A stretch of 64,000 bases of DNA from Podarcis filfolensis (Eukaryota), in assembly GCA_964270895.1 (NCBI GenBank), contig OZ185445.1; one strand, 5' to 3'. Shown here piece after piece: positions 56,974-64,000 of the stretch. The stretch's first letter is position 1. Each line of letters starts with the position of its first letter. A model generated the notes under the pieces. The model searched no databases. It worked only from the letters and a program-made list of their open reading frames with translations, and had not been told where the DNA came from. Both the position numbers and the translations under genes were made by a program.

Positions 56974-57196
56974 CAGTTGTATCTTGGATTCCAAACGCCT
57001 TGGTACTCAGACGTTTTGACTCCCAAACAATGCAAACCCGGAATGAGTGTTCCGGTTTGCGAATGTTCTTTGGAACCCGAACGTCCGACGGGGCTTCCGC
57101 AGGTACCGATTGGCTGCAGGAGCTTTGGTTTCTGAACATTTTGGAAGTTGAATGGACTTCCGGAACGGATTCCGTTTGACTTCCGAGGTACGACTG
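56974..57196. mobile_element. Subfamily B MITE (223 bp)
   Basis: TA|CAGTTGTATCTTGG ... CCGAGGTACGACTG|TA; 3' part resembles 36472-36713. Confidence 0.82.
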
Positions 57197-57364
57197 TATT
57201 TGGATTCCAGAACTGGATCTCTTAATTTAGGGTTACCATATTTCTAGAAGTGAAATTCAGGACACAAAAGTTTAGGCAATCAGCCTCTAAATCCCAAACA
57301 TTTCACCCAGATGCTCTCTCTAGCAAATTTCTAGTATCCACAAGGCAGGACAGGCTTCAAACAA

Positions 57365-57481
57365 CTATCACTGCATCACACAACTTCCTGTCCCAGTTTG
57401 ATAGATAGTTTTCTGTCCCTCCTAATTCCTTGTTCACAATCTGTGTCTTGCTTCCTGTCTCTTTATCATCTGCTGAGTCAT
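57365..57481. promoter_or_regulatory. Candidate enhancer: GATA/ETS/E-box/NF-E2(ARE) cluster
   Basis: Motifs read directly (listed in findings); function is not shown. Confidence 0.4.
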
Positions 57482-57524
57482 CTTACCTGCCCTCAAATTC
57501 TCAAGGAATAAGAATTTGGATAAT

Positions 57525-57720
57525 GATGTAAAGTGGTTATTTTGGTTGGTGTGTGAGTGGGGAGATTCGGGTTCAAACTTCCACTCTATCGCACAGGCTC
57601 TTGAGGAGATTTGGGGCCCAGTCCCTGTCTCAGTCTCAGCCTAACTTACCTGAAATGGGGTGGGGGGGGTAAGGGGAGAACCATACTGTCCTTCTTCAGA
57701 GAAAAGGTGGGACAAAAGCA
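57525..57720 (+). mobile_element. tRNA-derived SINE (Squam3/MIR-like), diverged
   Basis: TGATGTAAAGTGGTTA..., GGGTTCAAAC B-box and CTCAGTCTCAGCCTAACTTACC core. Confidence 0.55.
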
Positions 57721-57734
57721 ATAATGTTACAATA

Positions 57735-58022
57735 ATTTTATTAGTTTTATGCTGCCCATCTGACTGGGCTGCCCCAGCTACTCTGGGCAGCTTCCAGCAA
57801 AATATAAAAACACAATAAAACATCAAACATTAAAAACTTCACTATACAGGGCTGTCATCAGATATCTTCCAAAAGTCAGATAGTTGTTTATCTGTTTGAC
57901 ATCTGACGGGAGGGCATTCCACAGAGAGAGCGCCAAGCGCCACTACTGGGAAGGCCTTCTGCCTGGTTCCCTGTAACTTCTCACACTGAGGGAACCACCA
58001 GAAGTTCCTCGGAGCTGGACCT
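57735..58022 (-). mobile_element. L2 3' fragment
   Basis: Co-linear with 45990-46262 (GAAGGCCTTCTGCCTGGTTCCCTGTAAC...). Confidence 0.85.
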
Positions 58023-59711
58023 TTAAAACACATTTAATAAAAGTTATGATATCCAGCTGAATACCAAAGCATATAATGAGTTATTAATTCTGAGAGGAGA
58101 ATCTCAATTTCTTTGGCACACAATTCACCTAATAAAGTCTGTCACTTGTGCAATGAGGCTCTCCTCACTCTCTGCCCCCCTGCTCCCCTACACACCCTCC
58201 AAAATTGGCTTGAGTGGTTGAGGAAACCCCCCAGAACTGCACACAGAGAAAGGAAAGAGCAGATAATTCCATCTAGCAAGCTGAAATGCTTACACTGATG
58301 GAACAATTAACTAAGTGCGATGTTAATTGCCCTGCTGGGCACCCTCCCAGCTTGTTTATATTTAAAAACACTGGCCATATAGGTTTGACACAGCCATTCC
58401 AGGTTATCATCTCTTCCAATTGCCAGGGATTGATTACAGCAGCATATAATAGCAAGCACTGAAAGATAAACTTTCGTCTACTCCTGGATTTTTAAGAAGC
58501 AACACCTCCCCACTCGAACGATAATAATAAACAGAGTTATGTTCCATTTTCGTCGGCTGAACTTTTGCTTTTCACTGTGCTTGCTTTCGAAAGTTGGCAT
58601 TTTTGTCAAAGGAATTATTCAGGCTGACGCAATAGGATGCCCTCAGGGTCCGAGCCATTTCAAGAGGACAGAGGCACTTGCGAAACCATGGGGAACCCCT
58701 GACGCAGATCCACAGGGTGACGAGAATTTCATTCCAAGTTACTTTGGGGGGCAGTTTCTCATTAACTCCTTTGGAAATGGAGATCCTTCAACAGGTCCTT
58801 CAAATTCATATTTAAATGTTCCGATGCTGGTGAGGGGTGGGGGACAATAGAGTTTTGTTCACAACCTACATATTCATTTTCTGCCTCTCCTGAGACCAAT
58901 TTATGGGAAAACTTTGTCAGTTTCCTTGATTGACTTATTGTTAAAAATCCCTTCAAATCTTCCTTCCTGTGAAATTTGGTAGCCACTCTTGATCACAGTA
59001 GCCTGGGCTGGAGGCAGAGGTAGAGAAAGAATGAAAGCTGATGATGTTTCACTGCTTGAAGTAGAAATTAAACCTTCCTGTCTCCTTCAGATCCATCCAA
59101 CATTTTGTTCCATCGATACACCTTGGTTCATAGGAAGTTGACGCTATAAAAAGGAATTATAATTGCCTGGCCCAGGAAGATTCAGAGTTTCGGCTGAATG
59201 CAATCTGGCTTGCTAATTACAAACAGGCTATATACCTTCACCCACCCATTCAGTGAAATTTCCTGACCTACTACTATAGTGCTAAATAGCTAGATGAGGC
59301 TGGGTTTTTAATAAGCCCTTTTGCTCAAGGGTTTGTCATCAGCTTCCTTTGCATCGGTTGTGATTCTTTGTTTTTAATGAGCTGGCGGCTCAACCTCGAG
59401 TGACTCCTCCCTAGGAGGTGACGGGCAGCAAAGACAGTCAGACATGAAGTAGTGCTTACTGAGGAAGGAACCACCGCCCACAGTCCATTTAGTCATATGG
59501 CCTATGAGTGCTGTTCTCCTGGATTTCAAAGAATTTCAGGTTTCCTCTACGCATTTACAACTGCACATAACAGCTCAGAATGCACACTCAACTTGCGAAT
59601 GGGTATCTTTTCTGTGGAGAGTTGCTCACAAGAACCTCACCTGTGATCTGTACTACAAGCAGCATTTAGATGTGACAGGGAGACACGCAGTGTCATCTGC
59701 AAGCATATCTT

Positions 59712-59890
59712 TGGTATATGGAAGACCAGACCGTCAACGTTGGGCATCTTTAACCTGGAAAAAGGCAACTGAAAGGAGATATGATTGCCATCTTCCAATA
59801 TCTCATGGAAGAGGGAACAAGCTTGTTTTCTCCTGCTCTGGAGGTTAGGACTTGAACCAATGGTTTCAAGTTACATGAAGGGGGATCCTG
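59712..59890 (+). mobile_element. Degraded CR1 ORF2 3' fragment
   Basis: TTGGGCATCTTTAACCTGGAAAAAGGCAACTGAAAGGAGATATGATTGCCATCTTCCAATATCTC (LGIFNLEK.R.KGDMIAIFQYL-like) and ACCAATGGTTTCAAGTTACA. Confidence 0.75.
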
Positions 59891-62882
59891 TCAGAAAAAA
59901 CTGACAGTATTTTACTAGCCTCTACACTGAAGAAACTCCATTGACCATATTAATGTGTAAGCTATATAAGAAATGCCTTGTTTTCTTGGGCTCAGAATCA
60001 CTTTAGGAGACCTTCCTCTCAAATTCTTATAAATGCTCACCTGCTAATAATGATATTTAAATGTCTCTTGAGATAAACACCTGCATCTTCTGGTACTTCC
60101 TATCAGTTGCATCACGGCCAAGCTTGCTTGACAACTGGGCTTCAAAGTGAGTGCAGGAAGCGATGATGGCTATGAGCCATGCTTCCTCCTACTTGAAGAG
60201 AAACAGGGCTGGATAATAAGACCTAAGATCAAGGCCCTGACTAATTGCGGTAATTGAAAGGCCTTGTGATTCTGTCCTGCCCCACTTCTCCTTGGGGGAA
60301 GCTACCATTCTGTCCTTTATTCCTATACTATGATTTGTTCAGAGGCGCAGGAAAACAGGAGAAATTACAGGCGGCACCCGCAACAAAATCTTGCAGTGCA
60401 GAGTACACCTAACAGCCAGCCATGCCCTCTTTCAGGAAACTCCATTCCATTTCTCCTTCCTCTAGTTTTCTGTCTTTCTGCCCCCAACAGTCAGTATAAC
60501 ATGCCCATGGCATGTGCTTAGTCCTCAATAGATTGTTTTTCATTTACAGCCCTTATATTCCACCCCCTAAATATTTTTCTTTTTTGTACTTCTTCAAATG
60601 TCAGGGATCCTCCTAGCCTGCTAATAACTCCCCGTTCTATGTGGATGGTGGGTTGTTGTTTTTTTCCTACTTACAGGATCCACAGGTTCACTATAAATTA
60701 GTTATTGCTTAATTAAAAGTCTAAAATACTGAACATCAAGCTTGTTGAATATCCCCTGTCCCCAATGTATCTCATCTTCATTGGGCATAGAGCAAACGAA
60801 AACAAGCTTGCAATTATAAAAGAAAAAGGGGACGAATGCCAAGTATTGGAATAAGGTTGAGTAAACTACCTGCTACAATTTACCAAAGGATTATTAGGGC
60901 TGATTCAAAGAGAAGCTCAGAAGCAGGAACTAATATCAGTAGATCTGTACTTTGCCAGTTGGCTGGTGTTGATAAGAAGCCAGAAACCAGCAGAATAACC
61001 CACAACTGGTTGACCTGCTAATCCCGTGGCCATCACAGGCTTGGGTGTTATGGTCAGGCTACAACAAAGTCAGCATAACATACACACCCGGCAGAAACAG
61101 AAGCTGTCAGCTTTTTCCTGGGCGCTCAGGTGGCTACAGTTGCTTGGTGGGGCTTTTATCAGCTTCAGCTGATATGCCAGATGTGACCATTATTACCTGG
61201 AGAAAGCAAATTTGGCTTCAGTCATCCATGCTTCAATTACTTCCAGGACTGGATTACTGTAATTTAAGGGTGGGGAACCTTAGGCCTAGGAACTAAATGA
61301 GGCACTTCAGGCCCCTCTGTTTGGCCTTTGGGGTTGTCCCCTGCCATACATGCCTCACTAGCCTTGCATTGTACCCTTACTCCAATGTTTGGAACGTGTC
61401 CTTTATTGTAATATACAGTCACTGACTCTCACTTGTGTACAAGTTCCCAGTATTAGTTTCTGGCTGCAGCAGAAGCCCAGCTGAGACAGCAGGACCCACT
61501 CCATTAGCTCAGCGAAGAATCTAGCTGCCTTTTGGGTCCTCTTCTCCCTGCACTGTATTCACTCAAGATGATCATACTAACCACTATGTTGTTCCCGAGT
61601 TTGCTTGTTTTCCTTTCCCCTCCTCCACCCCTTTTCCTTTTGTGTTATCTCTTTTAGGTTACAGATGGGCAGGCCCCAGACTTGCAGGATTTAATTTGTT
61701 ACTTACCAGAACTGTGAGGTCCACCAGCCTGAGCCAGGTCCAAATAGTAGCTTAGCAAGGGCAGGCATACACCAAGAGGGTACAACAGAGTGCTTCTGAG
61801 CATATGCTCAGCTCACAGATTTGTGATTCATACTAGAAGTAAGGTCACGTATTGTTTCAGATGAAATGCACTCTAACCTACAGTAATTTGGGGCAGGGGA
61901 AAATGCTTTTTAGTTGTTGCAGTTGTTGGGTAATTAGGAATCACATGACCTTAGCTAATTTACTGCCAGTCACCCAGAGATCTACCGGTATATTCTGATC
62001 TTGCCACCTGTGTTTTAGAGATTGCACATTTGCAATAATATATTGTTCTTCTTTTTTTAAACAGTGTGTTGCTTAGTAAATTTAGATGCCTTATAAATAA
62101 TGGCGATGATTGCAGGAAGCCACTTGCCATCATGAAGGCACAAGATTTATAAAGTGGGATTGCTGTGTTTACCTTTCTTTCGGCCTAACCTGCCCGCACA
62201 AAAGGTCATTTTTACATTAAGAGTTTCTGCCTCTCAAATCTATTACGGGCAATCACTGGAGCTTTGAAATGCAAATAGGTGAAGTTCAGAAAGCTGTCTA
62301 AGTTTGCTTTTGACCTCTAGTCAACAAACCACACTCTACCTCTTGGAAGAGCCGCTGACCTATTTTATACTGTCGCACCTTTGTGAAAGGTTTTGGCAGC
62401 TGTTCCAGGAAAACACTGAGTAATGGAATAAAACCTTGGTTTCAGAGAAAACTTTCCATGAAAATAAGTTTTCTGTAGCAGAGAACGCCTCTGATCACAG
62501 GGGGGACAGTCAGCGCTCGGCCTTAATGTAAAAAGTGGCGAATGATTATTTGAAAAGTAGGGCAGGAATCTACACATTGCATGTGTGGTGTGCATGTAAT
62601 TCTGGCAGTGTTGCACCTCAAGCATAATGCATTATGTCCCCCACTCCTCTGATATAGGACACTGAATGTCATGCTCTAGGAAAAGAGAACAGATATATTA
62701 AAAAAAATTAATGGACATGCTAGTTCCAATCAGGCATAAATAAAGAACTTCTGAGTTGCATGGCTAAAAGCAAATGTAAGACCTGAGTACATTCTGTTGT
62801 AAATAAAAACACGCAGGAGAGAGGAAGAGGACCCAGGACAAAGGTGTGCAAACCCTTATATAGACTTTTGAACTGCCCACCC

Positions 62883-62983
62883 TGTAGCTCAGGACCACCC
62901 CTCCATACATCATACATACATCATAGAAGGGGTGTAGCCCAAGAGCACCCCCCAAATACACCATACGTACATCAGAGAAGGGG
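62883..62983. repeat. Two-copy ~50-bp tandem duplication
   Basis: 62883-62932 versus 62933-62983; the terminal 22 bp match 20/22. Confidence 0.7.
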
Positions 62984-63381
62984 CAGATTACAACAGAAAT
63001 TTGAGTTGTTTTTATCCTGTCTGCCAGGTTACCTGCCTGGATTACCCGGGCTTCCTGGCCACTCTTTTGTTATGATTAACTACTCAATTCCTGAATCCAG
63101 GTCACAGGCTTGCCCTATTCAAATATTAAATGTGCCCTTGAGGATTTGTGAGCAAAGAGACAATGCGGAGGCTCCCCATTTCCTTTGACCTTGCAGAGAA
63201 ATATTTGAGGTCAATTTGGAAGAGACAAATGGTTTCAGGACTTTTTCTGTGGGGTTTTAGACATGTGGTTTATACATTTATGAATATTTATTATATATTA
63301 TATATAAAAGATCTTAAAATTCTTATAACAATACAGTTTGAAAGCCCTAAAAAAAAAATCTCTTCCCAAAACAATGAGATA

Positions 63382-63623
63382 CAGTGGTACCTCGGGTTAA
63401 GTACTTAATTTGTTCTGGAGGTCCGTTCTTAACCTGAAACTGTTCTTAATCTGAAGCACCACATTAGCTAATGGGGCCTCCTGCTGCTGCTGCGCTGCCG
63501 GAGCACAATTTCTGTTCTCATCCTGAAGCAAAGTTCTTAACCTGAAGCACTATTTCTGGGTTAGTGGAGTCTGTAACCTGAAGCATATGTAACCTGAAGC
63601 GTATGTAACCCGAGGTACCACTG
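63382..63623 (-). mobile_element. Subfamily A MITE (242 bp)
   Basis: TA-flanked CAGTGGTACCTCGGG TIRs; reverse orientation. Confidence 0.92.
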
Positions 63624-64000
63624 TACTTTAGCTGAGATTCCTGCATTCTACAATTCTGTGTAAGGCTGAACAATGGGCCTGATCCAGGTGAAACTCTTTC
63701 CTCCATTAGCACTACCAAATAACTTATTCCCAGGGCTGCCGGATGTGCTTACACAGCCCCCATTCACTTCAATTGCGCCCACCCACAATATTAGCCATGC
63801 TCTAGCTGGCGCGATGTGGGATAGCAGTCAAAGGAAAGGAAAGGGGACCTTTTACAGAGGAAGGAAACATTTAAGTATCAGTAGGCATAATAAACCACCC
63901 GATTTTGCAACTGACAGTTTAAAGCCTTTCCACTCGCGGTATTTGTTTGTAGCTGAGCATTGCCCAAGTCTAACTGGAATAGTAACTAATTTTGCAATGT

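Noticed and set aside
58539-58986. 103-aa plus ORF and 74-aa minus ORF
   Set aside because: No recognisable domain, no supporting splice sites or partner exons.
44100-64000. ELL2 terminal exons expected from synteny
   Set aside because: No sequence encoding the ELL2 C-terminal (occludin-like) domain was found; the gene probably lies beyond the window.

Overview
Vertebrate genomic DNA from a squamate reptile, most likely a lacertid lizard. This is inferred from Sauria SINEs, young L2/RTE/L1 LINEs and CAGTGGTACCTCGG MITEs. Two convergent protein-coding genes can be rebuilt exon by exon. RHOBTB3 (+) has 12 coding exons at 908-29587 giving 612 aa, all introns GT-AG, a start codon split AT|G, and a C-terminal CAAX motif CVVM. 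GLRX/glutaredoxin-1 (-) has CDS 43606-43400 plus 38802-38692 giving 105 aa with the CPYC active site, and a non-coding third exon at about 36314-36030. This gene order matches the human RHOBTB3-GLRX(-ELL2) block as I recall it. Positions 44-64 kb are intergenic and I found no recognisable coding exons there. The rest is transposon-rich: nine TA-flanked Tc1/mariner-type MITEs, two Tc2-like MITEs, hAT-type MITEs, Sauria SINEs, other tRNA-derived SINEs, L1/L2/CR1/RTE fragments, two LTR-like pieces and microsatellites. I found no evidence of a new multi-gene system. The best leads are regulatory or isoform-level: a dense GATA/ETS/E-box/NF-E2(ARE) motif cluster about 14 kb upstream of GLRX; a possible alternative first exon and a uORF cluster in RHOBTB3; candidate intronic-polyadenylation isoforms; a Ser at the human Rab9-binding residue D532; and several young, TSD-bounded retroelement insertions. 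Repeat family names come from pattern recognition, not database searches.
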